NCBI GenBank assembly: GCA_031260975.1
Contig: JAISKJ010000001.1
Coordinates: forward strand, 5,463 to 69,462
Origin: Christensenellaceae bacterium
GTDB lineage: Bacteria; Bacillota; Clostridia; Christensenellales; UBA1242
Direction: 5' to 3'
Length of the DNA stretch: 64,000 bases
Below, in pieces: positions 8,719 to 18,040 of this stretch (the first letter of the stretch is position 1; every line of letters starts with the position of its first letter). The position numbers and the translations under genes were made by a program. Below the pieces are notes generated by a model. It saw only the letters and a program-made list of their open reading frames with translations, was not told the origin of the DNA and made no database searches.

Positions 8719-10541
8719 TACGCTTTCCTCATTTTCTCTCGTCCACGAGCAGTGTGCTCCAAAATCATCTTTCTTATTCTTATACTCTTTGGCGTAACCT
8801 CCAGATATTCATCGTCTCCGATAAATTCTATCGCCTCTTCAAGACTAAGTATCTTGGCGGGAGTAAGCCTCAGCGCTTCATCGCTTGCGCTACTGCGCAT
8901 GTTTGTAAGCTGCTTTTTCTTACACACGTTTACAACCAAGTCGTCCTGCCTGCTGTTTGTGCCAACCACTTGGCCCATATAGACTTCTTCACCCGCAACA
9001 GTAAACAATGTTCCCCTCTCCTGTGCGTTATACAGTCCATACTGAACAGCAGTTCCTGTTTCAAACGCTACAAGCGCTCCAAAGTTGCGCCTTTCAATCT
9101 CGCCCCTAAAAGGCTCATAGCCCGCTGCGATATAATTTATTATTCCTTCACCCTTGGTGTCGGTCATAAATTCACTTTTATATCCAAAAAGCCCTCGCGA
9201 CGGAATTAAAAACTCCATTCTCATTCTGCCGTGGCCGTGCGGGCTCATGTGAAGAAGATCACCGCGCCGCACACCCATTTTACTCATAACCACACCCACA
9301 GCATCCTCAGGAACATCCAAAATCAATCGGTCAACCGGCTCACATTTTACGCCGTCAATTTCTTTATATAAAACCCTTGGCATGCTGACCTGAAATTCAT
9401 AGCCGTCTCTTCGCATATTCTCAATAAGGATAGACAGATGCATCTCACCTCGGCCGCGTACGTAAAAAGATTCAGTAGTAGACCCGTCGCTGACTTTAAG
9501 CGACAAATCTTTTGCCGCCTCCCTATAAAGCCTGTCTCTTATATGCCTGCTGGTCACATACTTGCCTTCTTTGCCCGAAAACGGACTGTCATTAACCAAA
9601 AAGGTCATCTCCACGCTGGGCTCGCTTATCTTTGAAAACGGCAGTGCTTCGGGCGCGTCAATCGCGCAAATAGTGTCACCGATTTTAACCTCTTCGCTGC
9701 CCGCAAGACATACAATGTCACCGGCAACTGCCTGCTGCACCTGAATTCTATTAAGTCCGTCAAACTGAAGAATTGATGATATTTTAGCTTTGATATTACG
9801 TTCTTTATTCTCGTGGTTGCAGATAATAATAGGCTGATTAAGGCTCACAGTGCCGCGGTTTATTTTGCCCACCGCAATCTTTCCGACATATTCATTAATT
9901 TCGGTGTTACTCACCAAAACCTGAAGAGGCTCTTTCAGATCGCCTGTAGGCGAAGGGATATGCTTGACAATCTCATCCAAAAGCGGCTTCATGTCAGTGC
10001 CCTTTTTTGCTTTGTCTGTCGTCGCGATACCCAGCCTTGCCGAAGCATAAACTATAGGGCTGTTAAGCTGATCATTTGTTGCATCCAAGTCTATCAAAAG
10101 CTCCAGAACTTCATCCACCACTTCATTTATTCGGGCGTCGGGCCTGTCAATTTTGTTTACCACCACAATAACTTTAAGGTTAAGTTCTAGTGCTTTTTGC
10201 AAAACAAATCTCGTTTGAGGCATGGGCCCTTCATAGGCATCCACCACCAGAAGCACCCCTTCGGCCATCTTCAAAACGCGTTCAACCTCGCCGCCGAAGT
10301 CGGCGTGCCCGGGAGTATCAACTACATTGATTTTATAATTAGCATAGTTCAGTGAAGTGTTTTTGGCCAGAATTGTTATCCCTCTCTCACGTTCAAGGGC
10401 GTTACTGTCCATAACCCTATCCACAACTTCCTGATGCTGCTTAAAGGCTCCGCTTTGTTTGAGCATCTCATTAAGCAGCGAGGTTTTGCCGTGGTCTACG
10501 TGGGCAATTATTGCTATATTTCTTATTCTATCGTTAGTCAT
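8718..10541 (-). CDS. typA: translational GTPase TypA/BipA
   Basis: [35 protein letters not shown] and NKIDR. The start is set at the ATG of MTNDRIRN, preceded by GAAGGA. Confidence 0.95.
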   Translation of the reverse strand: MTNDRIRNIAIIAHVDHGKTSLLNEMLKQSGAFKQHQEVVDRVMDSNALERERGITILAKNTSLNYANYKINVVDTPGHADFGGEVERVLKMAEGVLLVVDAYEGPMPQTRFVLQKALELNLKVIVVVNKIDRPDARINEVVDEVLELLIDLDATNDQLNSPIVYASARLGIATTDKAKKGTDMKPLLDEIVKHIPSPTGDLKEPLQVLVSNTEINEYVGKIAVGKINRGTVSLNQPIIICNHENKERNIKAKISSILQFDGLNRIQVQQAVAGDIVCLAGSEEVKIGDTICAIDAPEALPFSKISEPSVEMTFLVNDSPFSGKEGKYVTSRHIRDRLYREAAKDLSLKVSDGSTTESFYVRGRGEMHLSILIENMRRDGYEFQVSMPRVLYKEIDGVKCEPVDRLILDVPEDAVGVVMSKMGVRRGDLLHMSPHGHGRMRMEFLIPSRGLFGYKSEFMTDTKGEGIINYIAAGYEPFRGEIERRNFGALVAFETGTAVQYGLYNAQERGTLFTVAGEEVYMGQVVGTNSRQDDLVVNVCKKKQLTNMRSSASDEALRLTPAKILSLEEAIEFIGDDEYLEVTPKSIRIRKMILEHTARGREKMRKA

Positions 10542-11952
10542 TTTTGTCATCCTTCTCTTTTTTAATTCGGTTTTGGGGGCTGTTGATTTCTTTGAGCATA
10601 TTTTCAAGCTCTAATGGACTTAAAGGCGGTGTATCAGGTTCTTCCTCTTCGTCAGACTGTTTTTCCTGCTCAGCAGGTTTCTCAATTTCGGCCTCTTTAT
10701 CTTCAAGCTCATTTGCAGTATTTTCTTTTTGAGAATTGTCAGCGGCTTCCTGTTCTTTGCCTCCGCTCACTTCTCTTAAAAACTGCGAAACATTAAAAGC
10801 AAACAGACCGTTTGCGGCGGAGTTTTGAGGCTGTGATTGAGAGGCGTGGTTTTCCTGCAAGCTGTCAGAACCGGTTTCGGGCTCATCTGAGGGCGGTTCA
10901 GTGGGTGAATTTCTCCAATCCGGATCGGGCGCAGACGGCTCATCCGGGACACCAATTTCAGGTTCCGCGTGAACATCTTCTTTATGCACGCTGTCATTTT
11001 CTTTGGCGGCCTTAATTATATCGGCCATATGAATTCCCTGTGTTGTGCCCGTGCTTGGCGGCGGAATACCCTTGTTAATTTGGTCCAGCATATCGGCAAG
11101 CTCTCTCGGGTCAACCTTCCTTTTACGCGTCTTGTCTAAAGCCAAATATATAAGTGCTGCAAAAACCGTGCTAAACAATACAGCCAAAAGCGCTATAACA
11201 TACCACATACCCGAATTCGCCACCGTTCTGCTGATGGTTATTGTATTATTAGGGTTGTTGACATTCCATGTGTGAACATAATAATCGCCATCCTGATTGA
11301 CCTGACCGTCTGAGTGAAGCCTTCTAAAAGGCGTAATAAACGTAAAAGTCAAATTAGCTTCTGTCGTGGCAAATGCTGTTCCCAGCTCAGAATTTACAGC
11401 GCTGAGTATATCCGCCATCAGCTGCTCCTGCCCGTGATATAGAGTATAGCACTTTTCAATATAGTTTACAATAAATAATTGCTCATCCGTTGTCATATTC
11501 TGAGTTCGCTCAAACGGAACATCCACCAAATGCCCTCTGGGGTCAAAAATGGTGCGGTAGTTATAATACATAAAAGCATTCACATTCCCAAACGCCTTTT
11601 CTACCCTTATACCGTTTGTAATTCTTGCTACAGTAGCTATGCCCGCGTCCGATAAAATTTCCAAGTCACTTAATGAAATCGTGCCGTTCATAAGCCGCTG
11701 ACCCAATTCAGAACTATAAGCATTTTCCTTCTGCTGCAAAAAAATATTTACAACAGTTTCAACCTTGCCCATAAACAAATTAAGGTCATTAAACCCGGCC
11801 GCCTGAACATAAGCTTTATCAAAGACTATGTCCACCCGCTGAACAACCTGGCCGTTCGACATAAGCTTAACGCTGGTGTCAATATTTACGCAACCAAAAA
11901 AGAGACAAACCGTCAAGAATAATATTAAACTGACCGCTACTCTTTTCAGCAT
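10534..11952 (-). CDS. lipoprotein with a C-terminal TM helix and an acidic/Pro-rich cytoplasmic tail
   Basis: Signal peptide with lipobox LFFGC. The late TM is MWYVIALLAVLFSTVFAALIYLAL. The tail is low-complexity. Confidence 0.75.
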   Translation of the reverse strand: MLKRVAVSLILFLTVCLFFGCVNIDTSVKLMSNGQVVQRVDIVFDKAYVQAAGFNDLNLFMGKVETVVNIFLQQKENAYSSELGQRLMNGTISLSDLEILSDAGIATVARITNGIRVEKAFGNVNAFMYYNYRTIFDPRGHLVDVPFERTQNMTTDEQLFIVNYIEKCYTLYHGQEQLMADILSAVNSELGTAFATTEANLTFTFITPFRRLHSDGQVNQDGDYYVHTWNVNNPNNTITISRTVANSGMWYVIALLAVLFSTVFAALIYLALDKTRKRKVDPRELADMLDQINKGIPPPSTGTTQGIHMADIIKAAKENDSVHKEDVHAEPEIGVPDEPSAPDPDWRNSPTEPPSDEPETGSDSLQENHASQSQPQNSAANGLFAFNVSQFLREVSGGKEQEAADNSQKENTANELEDKEAEIEKPAEQEKQSDEEEEPDTPPLSPLELENMLKEINSPQNRIKKEKDDKND

Positions 11953-11980
11953 GCTTCTCCTTTTTTACCATCCCTTTCCA

Positions 11981-12110
11981 CCACAAAACAATTACGCAGA
12001 CCACGCAGTGGTCAAAACCCCAATGAGGGAGTATTCCTGTGTAATCCCACTCCATTCTTGGTTTTGCAAAATTGTTTAAACGAACAAATTGAAGCTTTTG
12101 GCACCAACTG
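11981..12110. repeat. intergenic repeat copy G (module 1 core plus a module-2-like segment) in the leader of 10534..11952
   Basis: cacaaaacaattacgcagaccacgcagtggtcaaaacccc aligns with copies at 13081 and 33921. tgcaaaattgtttaaacgaacaaatt aligns with 13210, 27399 and 46898. Confidence 0.5.
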
Positions 12111-12244
12111 TCATTAATAAATAATTATATCGCAAAACCCGATTATTATCAACTAAAAAATCAAAATCCCCTCTTCTTTCCTTCACTATAAGGATGTAAA
12201 TTGCTGTTTTTATGTTTGTACTTATCACAGGCAACAAAAAATAC

Positions 12245-12273
12245 ACATAAAAAGCAGGGCTACAGCCCTGCTA
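12245..12273 (-). terminator. rho-independent terminator overlapping the stop codon of 12271..13017
   Basis: AGCAGGGC-tgt-AGCCCTGCT, then TTTTT on the minus strand. Confidence 0.7.
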
Positions 12274-13017
12274 AAAATCTCCTTCGATTTGTTCTTTCTG
12301 TTTTTCAAGCTTCATCTTTGCAAGCTCTTCTTTGGTCGGCAGCGGCTTGGTGACATTTACCGCAATTTGATACCTGCTGTCGGTAGTGTATAATATCTCC
12401 TTGCAATACTTTTCTATTCGCTTTATAAAGTCCTCATAATATTGTAAAGTGGTCTCTCCCGAAATGAGCCTTATCTGCAAAAACTCGGTGGTGTTCTTTC
12501 GGTTGGTTTGATAATTTTTGACCTTAAATATTTCGCCGTTAAGTTCGGCCTTAAACCCGCCCGGCCCAAATACTTTATATGTTTCTCTTGGTATATCAAT
12601 GGTGAGCGCCACTTTCATCTGCTCAAACAACTTGTCAGGGTCAAACTTAAGGGCGTTGGTATACATTGAATTGAGTGCATTATTCAAAAAAAAGTAGTGC
12701 TTTGAAAGTGGGTCTTTTGTAGCCACTTTCTGCTCACGCTCATGCTTTCGTAGAGTGTCCGCGTATATAAACTCGGGCGACACAACACTGCGCTTAAGCT
12801 TTATTTCGCTTTTGGCGCCATATATGCGTTTTCGCAGAATAAGGTTGTTTTCGGCCAAAATTTTCTTTTCACTGTCATAATAAACATCTATTATCTTAGA
12901 CCTAGACGGGCCCTCCACCGTATAGGTAGAGAGGTTTTTTATTACTCCTATAAGACGCTTTACCGTCTTTTTGTCAAAAACACGATATCTGCGCTGCGTT
13001 TGTGTAATTTTTAGCAT
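12271..13017 (-). CDS. CYTH-like domain protein (triphosphate tunnel family)
   Basis: The pattern IDVYYDSEKKILAENNLILRKRI...EIKLKR resembles CYTH beta-strand motifs. Assigned by eye only. Confidence 0.5.
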   Translation of the reverse strand: MLKITQTQRRYRVFDKKTVKRLIGVIKNLSTYTVEGPSRSKIIDVYYDSEKKILAENNLILRKRIYGAKSEIKLKRSVVSPEFIYADTLRKHEREQKVATKDPLSKHYFFLNNALNSMYTNALKFDPDKLFEQMKVALTIDIPRETYKVFGPGGFKAELNGEIFKVKNYQTNRKNTTEFLQIRLISGETTLQYYEDFIKRIEKYCKEILYTTDSRYQIAVNVTKPLPTKEELAKMKLEKQKEQIEGDF

Positions 13018-13063
13018 CTATGCTCCTTTTAAAAAACAATCACCACTTTTCTTCACTTCTCTA

Positions 13064-13288
13064 GTGTGATGTAAACCTGTCACTGAACAATTCTGCAGAC
13101 ACCTAAGATACATAAAAGCCTGCCTCTATTCTCTCTTTATATGTGCTGCAATGTGTTATGAAATTATGAGTGCACATAAAATTTTACACTTTCATTAACT
13201 GCTTGTTGCTGTAAAATTTTTGAAACGAATAATTCCATAACACATGTCGCAGCCAAAAGCCTAGTGAAGTGACAGGTGCACAACACAC
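13064..13288. repeat. composite palindromic element A (module 1 hairpin carrying a nested module 2 hairpin)
   Basis: Outer arms gtgtg..cctgtcact (13064-13084) pair with agtgacagg..cacac (13268-13288). Inner arms 13145-13165 pair with 13231-13253. Confidence 0.6.
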
Positions 13289-13345
13289 CTTTATATCTAT
13301 TTTAGTTTAAATATCGGTTTTTAGTCAAGTGTTTTGCTTTGGTTG

Positions 13346-13358
13346 TATAAATTTTATA
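13346..13358. promoter_or_regulatory. 6-1-6 AT palindrome TATAAAtTTTATA upstream of rubrerythrin (PerR/Fur-box-like candidate)
   Basis: The palindrome is read directly. The functional link rests only on the known PerR control of rbr genes in Firmicutes. Confidence 0.25.
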
Positions 13359-13447
13359 TCTCGGGCAATCATTAAATATCAGGCGCACCTTTAAAATATA
13401 CATTGTCATTTCATAAAAAAGGGCTGCGACACAAAATGGAGGATTAT

Positions 13448-14035
13448 ATGGAATTTGAAAAAACCAAAACCTGCGAAAATCTGGCAAGAGCTTTTGCCGC
13501 CGAATGTATGGAAGGGGCCAGATATCAATTCTTGGGCAAAATGGCTATGGTTCAGGGTTATAGCTATTTGCAAACTATTCTGCGAACTATTGCCAAAGAC
13601 GAAATGGGTCACGCTCAGGTATTATGGGACCTAATCACCTCACACGGTGGCGGAAAGATAGCCAATGTAAATATAAACACCGGATATCCGTTTAAAAACG
13701 GCTCCATCGAAGAGCAGCTAAAGTTTGCCAGCGAATATGAAAAATCAGAAAATACCAGCATCTATCCGACTTTCGCTAAGGTGGCAGAAGACGAGGGTTT
13801 CGCTGACATTGCCGAAAAGTTTAAGCTGATTGCCGAGGTAGAAAATACACATTACTTGATTTTAAACCAGCTTTACGAGGGCTTTAAAACCGGCAAGCTT
13901 TATGAAAACCCCAAAGAAACTCCTTGGAGATGCAATATGTGCGGATATATGAAACGCGGCAAAACTGCATTTAAAACCTGCGCTCTTTGCGGAGCAAAAC
14001 AAGGCGAAGTTCAAATTCCAATTAATCAAGTTTAA
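13448..14035 (+). CDS. rbr: rubrerythrin
   Basis: Ferritin-like ENLARAFAAECMEGARYQF and DEMGHAQV, plus a C-terminal rubredoxin knuckle CNMCGY...CALCGA. GGAGGA lies before ATG 13448. Confidence 0.9.
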   Translation: MEFEKTKTCENLARAFAAECMEGARYQFLGKMAMVQGYSYLQTILRTIAKDEMGHAQVLWDLITSHGGGKIANVNINTGYPFKNGSIEEQLKFASEYEKSENTSIYPTFAKVAEDEGFADIAEKFKLIAEVENTHYLILNQLYEGFKTGKLYENPKETPWRCNMCGYMKRGKTAFKTCALCGAKQGEVQIPINQV

Positions 14036-14053
14036 TTCCATATGATTAACTAA

Positions 14054-14085
14054 CAAAAAAAGCCGCCTTACGGCGGTTTCTTTTA
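14054..14085. terminator. bidirectional terminator between rbr and purB
   Basis: A-run, then GCCGCC-ttac-GGCGGT, then a T-run. Confidence 0.75.
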
Positions 14086-15483
14086 TATCTTATTCAAATC
14101 AGAATGGTCTCTTACAATTTCGCCGGCAAGCCCAACATAATTGTACGGGCTGACTCCTCTCAATGCCTCTATATCCTCCGGACTGATATCATAACCTTCT
14201 TCAAGTGTTCCGACAAAGTTCAAAATATCTTCCTCTGTCGTCTTTCTGCCTCTGGTCATTTCTTTCAGCTTGTTATATGCATCAGGGTCTCCGTATTTTC
14301 TAAGCATTGTCTGTATCGGTTCAGCTGTTATTTCCCAATGATTTTCCAAATCTTCATGAAGCTTTTCTCCATTGACTGCAATCTTGCCAAGACCCTTTTG
14401 AGTCTCAAGTATAGCCTGTAATGAATATCCAAAACCCATACCGATATTACGCTGAGATGACGAATCCGACAAGTCGCGCTGCATTCTTGACACCTGCAGG
14501 GCATCTGAGAGTGTTGAAAGTATACCGTTGCTAAGCTCGAGATTAGCTTTGCTGTTTTCAAAGTTAATAGGATTAACCTTGTGCGGCATAGTGCTGCTTC
14601 CCACTTCACCCGCCACCGGTATCTGTTTGAGATAGTCCATCGAAATATACATCCACATGTCATTATCAAGATCAAGCACCACATTATTAAAACGCTTCAT
14701 AGCATCAAACAGACTGCTCATATAATCATGGCTTTCTATTTGTGTAGTCACCGGATTAAACGTCATACCCAAACTTTCAACAAACTCACGATTAAGCTTG
14801 GGCCAATCACTTTTCGAAAAAGCAAAGTTCATAGCACTATAGTTCCCCGTTGCACCGTTAAACTTTCCAAGCATCTTTACGTTTTTGACTTCATCCATGC
14901 AACGTTTCATTCTGGCTGCAAAAACCAGAAATTCCTTGCCCACCGTTGTAGGTGTTGCCGGCTGACCGTGAGTGTGAGCAAGCATAGGTAAATCCGCATG
15001 ATTAACAGCTTTTCCCAAAACCTTCAAAAGCAGTTCCTCAGCTGCCGGCAGCCAAACCTCATTGAGCCCATCCCTCATTGTCATTCCATATGCCAGATTG
15101 TTTATATCCTCCGAAGTGCACCCGATATGAACATAGCTTTTAAGGTTTCCATACCCCAAATTGTCAAGCTTTTCAGCAACAAAAAGCTCAACTGCCTTCA
15201 CATCGTGGTTGGTTTTCTTTTCTATTTTCTTAATTCTATAAAAATCCCGCTCGTCAAAGTTGTTAATACATTCTATAACCCCGCGGGCTTCATTCAGATT
15301 AACCCCTTCCCCAATGATTTTGGGGTCAATTATGTTTTTACTAATCAAAAATTTAAGCCAGCTGACTTCCACCTTTACGCGCGCTTTAATGAGAGCCGCC
15401 TCTGAAAAATAAGGAGACAGCGCATCTCTGATTTTGGAGTATCTTCCATCCAGCGGAGACAACGCATAAATTTCATTTGTCAT
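14083..15483 (-). CDS. purB: adenylosuccinate lyase
   Basis: ALSPLDGRYSKIRDALSPYFSEAAL at the N-terminus and the GSSTMPHKVNP signature. Confidence 0.95.
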   Translation of the reverse strand: MTNEIYALSPLDGRYSKIRDALSPYFSEAALIKARVKVEVSWLKFLISKNIIDPKIIGEGVNLNEARGVIECINNFDERDFYRIKKIEKKTNHDVKAVELFVAEKLDNLGYGNLKSYVHIGCTSEDINNLAYGMTMRDGLNEVWLPAAEELLLKVLGKAVNHADLPMLAHTHGQPATPTTVGKEFLVFAARMKRCMDEVKNVKMLGKFNGATGNYSAMNFAFSKSDWPKLNREFVESLGMTFNPVTTQIESHDYMSSLFDAMKRFNNVVLDLDNDMWMYISMDYLKQIPVAGEVGSSTMPHKVNPINFENSKANLELSNGILSTLSDALQVSRMQRDLSDSSSQRNIGMGFGYSLQAILETQKGLGKIAVNGEKLHEDLENHWEITAEPIQTMLRKYGDPDAYNKLKEMTRGRKTTEEDILNFVGTLEEGYDISPEDIEALRGVSPYNYVGLAGEIVRDHSDLNKI

Positions 15484-15560
15484 AATAGTTAACCTGCCTT
15501 ATTTCTTTATAATTTATTATATTATGAAAAGGCGGCGGTGTCAACACAAAGTTTTCCGTT

Positions 15561-15794
15561 TTAAATTATGATAGCCGGCCGTTTCAGGCTTTTCTTTATC
15601 ATATACTTAATAAATACAGCCGCAGTCCACAATGCTATAAACAAGGCTTCGACAAACCACGGATTTATCGGATAATACCACAATACTATACGGGCCGGAC
15701 ACTGTAAAACATAAATAGGATATGAAACCAAACAAACAAGATTTATCTGTTTACTGCTCCATGTTGTGTGATTAAGCAAATAAATCAACGCCAT
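15561..15794 (-). CDS. possible small membrane protein
   Basis: 77-aa hydrophobic ORF in the gap between sigH and purB. No RBS was checked. Confidence 0.3.
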   Translation of the reverse strand: MALIYLLNHTTWSSKQINLVCLVSYPIYVLQCPARIVLWYYPINPWFVEALFIALWTAAVFIKYMIKKSLKRPAIII

Positions 15795-15811
15795 AAAAAT
15801 AAATCTGATTA

Positions 15812-16405
15812 TTATCTAAGCTTGGTTTTTATACGCCCCAGCGCATTGTCTATACTTTTAGGGTCCTTATGAAGGCGTTTAGCAATTTCAACATAATTAA
15901 GTCCGTCAATATAGAGCTCTATTACTTTCTTTTCAAAACCACTCAAAAGTTTGTTAATTTTATTATAAACCTCAGCTATTGCTTCTTCGCCAATCAAACT
16001 CTCTTCAGGTGAAAGACTTGTTGAGCTTATATATATACCCTTTTCTTCATCGCCCTCTTCTTCGGCACTGGACACCACAATCATGCCCTGATTGTTGATT
16101 GAAAAATAAGTGTTAAGCGGCAGATTTTTGTTGTTGGCGGCACTTCTGATTGCTGAAACAATCTGACGGCGTACGCAAACAGAAGCGTAAGTCTTAAAGC
16201 TTGCCGCCTCACCTTGTTTGTATGTCGTTATCGCCTTATAAAGCCCTATCATTCCTTCCTGCACAATATCATCAGTGCCGGCACCCACCAAAAAATATTT
16301 GCGGGCAATTGAATTTACCAAAGGCTTACAAAAGCTTAAAAGGCGTTCCATAGCCGCCTCGTCCCCTTTTTTTATAAGCGCAAGCTCCTCCAAAATTTCC
16401 ATCAT
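15812..16405 (-). CDS. sigH: RNA polymerase sigma factor SigH
   Basis: YFLVGAGTDDIVQEGMIGLYKAITTYK...SFKTYASVCVRRQIVSAIRSA closely matches the B. subtilis SigH region 2. Synteny mrnC-rlmB-sigH supports it. Confidence 0.85.
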   Translation of the reverse strand: MMEILEELALIKKGDEAAMERLLSFCKPLVNSIARKYFLVGAGTDDIVQEGMIGLYKAITTYKQGEAASFKTYASVCVRRQIVSAIRSAANNKNLPLNTYFSINNQGMIVVSSAEEEGDEEKGIYISSTSLSPEESLIGEEAIAEVYNKINKLLSGFEKKVIELYIDGLNYVEIAKRLHKDPKSIDNALGRIKTKLR

Positions 16406-17130
16406 TTAAAATTCCTTTGTCTGACAATTTCATAAACTATCGCACTTGCAGCACTGCCTGCGTTAAGCGAATTTATCTTGCCAAACTGCGGCAAGCTAAT
16501 TAATCCGTCGCAAAGCTTTCGGGTGAGCGTACTTACACCCTTGCCTTCGTTTCCAATTACTATCGCAATAGGCCCCACACAGTTTGTCTTATATATAACT
16601 TCACCGTTCATAGCGGCAGCATAAACCCAGAAGCCGTCTTTTTTAAGATGCTCTATCTCGGTGTGAATATTTGTAACCTTTGCAATTTTCATGTGCGAGG
16701 CCGCTCCGGCGCTCACCTTTAAAACCGTAGAATTTACAAGAGCCGAGCGTTGCTTTGGGATAACTATCCCATGCACACCCGCGCATTCACAGGTTCTTAT
16801 AATACTTCCCAGATTATGAGGGTCCTCAATGCCGTCAAGAATCACAACAAAAGGCTGCTCGCCCAAATCTGAGGCAAGCTTTTTCATATCACTCACTTCG
16901 CTGTATACAAACTCGGTGACCTCGGCCACAAAGCCCTGATGCCGCCCGCTTTCACTCAACCTGTCCAGCAGCTTTTTGTCAGAAAACGAAATTCGTATCC
17001 CGCGCTCCTTGGCTTCGGTTATTATATTTTCGCCAAGCTCATCATGATGGCCCACCTGCACTACAAGCTTATTAAAGGTAGTCCCCGCCAAAAGAGCTTC
17101 ATAAACACTATTTTTGCCCTCTATAATCAT
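16402..17130 (-). CDS. rlmB: 23S rRNA (guanosine-2'-O-)-methyltransferase RlmB/TrmH family
   Basis: SpoU-type motifs ILDGIEDPHNLGSIIRTCE, IVIGNEGKGVS and LNAGSAASAIVYE. Confidence 0.85.
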   Translation of the reverse strand: MIIEGKNSVYEALLAGTTFNKLVVQVGHHDELGENIITEAKERGIRISFSDKKLLDRLSESGRHQGFVAEVTEFVYSEVSDMKKLASDLGEQPFVVILDGIEDPHNLGSIIRTCECAGVHGIVIPKQRSALVNSTVLKVSAGAASHMKIAKVTNIHTEIEHLKKDGFWVYAAAMNGEVIYKTNCVGPIAIVIGNEGKGVSTLTRKLCDGLISLPQFGKINSLNAGSAASAIVYEIVRQRNFK

Positions 17131-17528
17131 TCTTTTTCTCCCAACCTCAAAATCTCTTTAAGTCGCTCGCTTTGGCCACTCACAAACAAATACCCGAGCA
17201 ACGCTTCATAGGCCGTTGATTTCATATATTCACTCAAACTCGCCTTTTTGCTGGGGGCGTTAACTTTGGTGTTGCGCGCACGCCTGACCAAATCCTGTTC
17301 ACGTTCGGTCAAAAATCCTTCAAGCTTATCAAGAACCTCACTCTGAGCGGTAGCCTTAACCTTAAGCACACTTTGCTTGTGAAGGCTTCCGCTTTTGGCG
17401 GTAGAGCCTATAAACACACATGATTTTATAAACAAACCATAAACTGCGTCCCCCACAAAGGCCAGGCTTTGCGGGTTCAGCATAAAAGCATCCCTTTCTT
17501 CAAGCGTCTTTTTCAAAAATATGTCCAT
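17127..17528 (-). CDS. mrnC: mini-ribonuclease III
   Basis: LAFVGDAVYGLFIK and AYEALLGYL, size 133 aa, plus synteny with rlmB and sigH. Confidence 0.85.
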   Translation of the reverse strand: MDIFLKKTLEERDAFMLNPQSLAFVGDAVYGLFIKSCVFIGSTAKSGSLHKQSVLKVKATAQSEVLDKLEGFLTEREQDLVRRARNTKVNAPSKKASLSEYMKSTAYEALLGYLFVSGQSERLKEILRLGEKE

Positions 17529-17664
17529 GCCCTATTGTAGCACAAGAGCCGGCGCAAAGCAAATGCTTTGCGCTGACCGCTATTTAATCCGCCCATGTGT
17601 TTATGTAATTAATTTGAATGAAAAAGCGAGACTCTCGCCTCGCCAAATGACAAATTGTTTATGC

Positions 17665-17943
17665 TCAAAAAAGATATGGATACAACAGAATAATACAAGC
17701 GATGTAGATAGGCAACAAAATACAGAATGAAATCAAATAGGCCTTAAATGACTTTTGCATTGCCGCAAGCTGCTGCTCGGGTGTGCGCTGATTGCCGGCA
17801 TTCTTAGGACGTGCGTTCCATTGCCCGGTCATAGTCCCCACCACTGTCTTTTGTTTTTCAGATAACTGCTCAAGTGTCTTTTTTACATACGGCGCATACA
17901 TAATAATATAAACAAGCATCACAACAAGTATAACTTCTAACAT
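17665..17943 (-). CDS. small two-TM membrane protein
   Basis: 92-aa ORF with a strong RBS (GGAGGAGG) and its own promoter. Confidence 0.6.
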   Translation of the reverse strand: MLEVILVVMLVYIIMYAPYVKKTLEQLSEKQKTVVGTMTGQWNARPKNAGNQRTPEQQLAAMQKSFKAYLISFCILLPIYIACIILLYPYLF

Positions 17944-17969
17944 ATTCCCTCCTCCTTTGTATATATCAT

Positions 17970-17999
17970 ATTATACCCCCCCCCCGTCGATTTTGTCAA
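17970..17999 (-). promoter_or_regulatory. consensus sigma-A promoter with a G10 homopolymer in the spacer (drives 17665..17943)
   Basis: On the minus strand: TTGACA (17994-17999), aaatcgac, G-run (plus-strand C-run about 17976-17985), TATAAT (17970-17975). The spacer is about 18 nt. Confidence 0.6.
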
Positions 18000-18010
18000 G
18001 CATATTAAAT

Positions 18011-18040
18011 AAAAAAGCAGGGCCATAAGCCCCGCCCTAA
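18011..18040 (-). terminator. rho-independent terminator after the ABC exporter gene
   Basis: GCGGGGC-ttat-GGCCCTGC, then TTTTTT on the minus strand. Confidence 0.7.

Noticed and set aside
13018-13113. 31-aa minus-strand ORF (MYLRCLQNCSVTGLHHTREVKKSGDCFLKGA) ending TAG directly before the CYTH gene's ATG.
   Set aside because: Its reading frame runs through the module 1 repeat. The equivalent frames in copies D and G are closed, so the coding potential is not conserved. It is more likely a by-product of the repeat.
14581-15405. Two plus-strand ORFs of 136 and 135 aa.
   Set aside because: Both are antisense to purB, whose identity is unambiguous. These are shadow ORFs.
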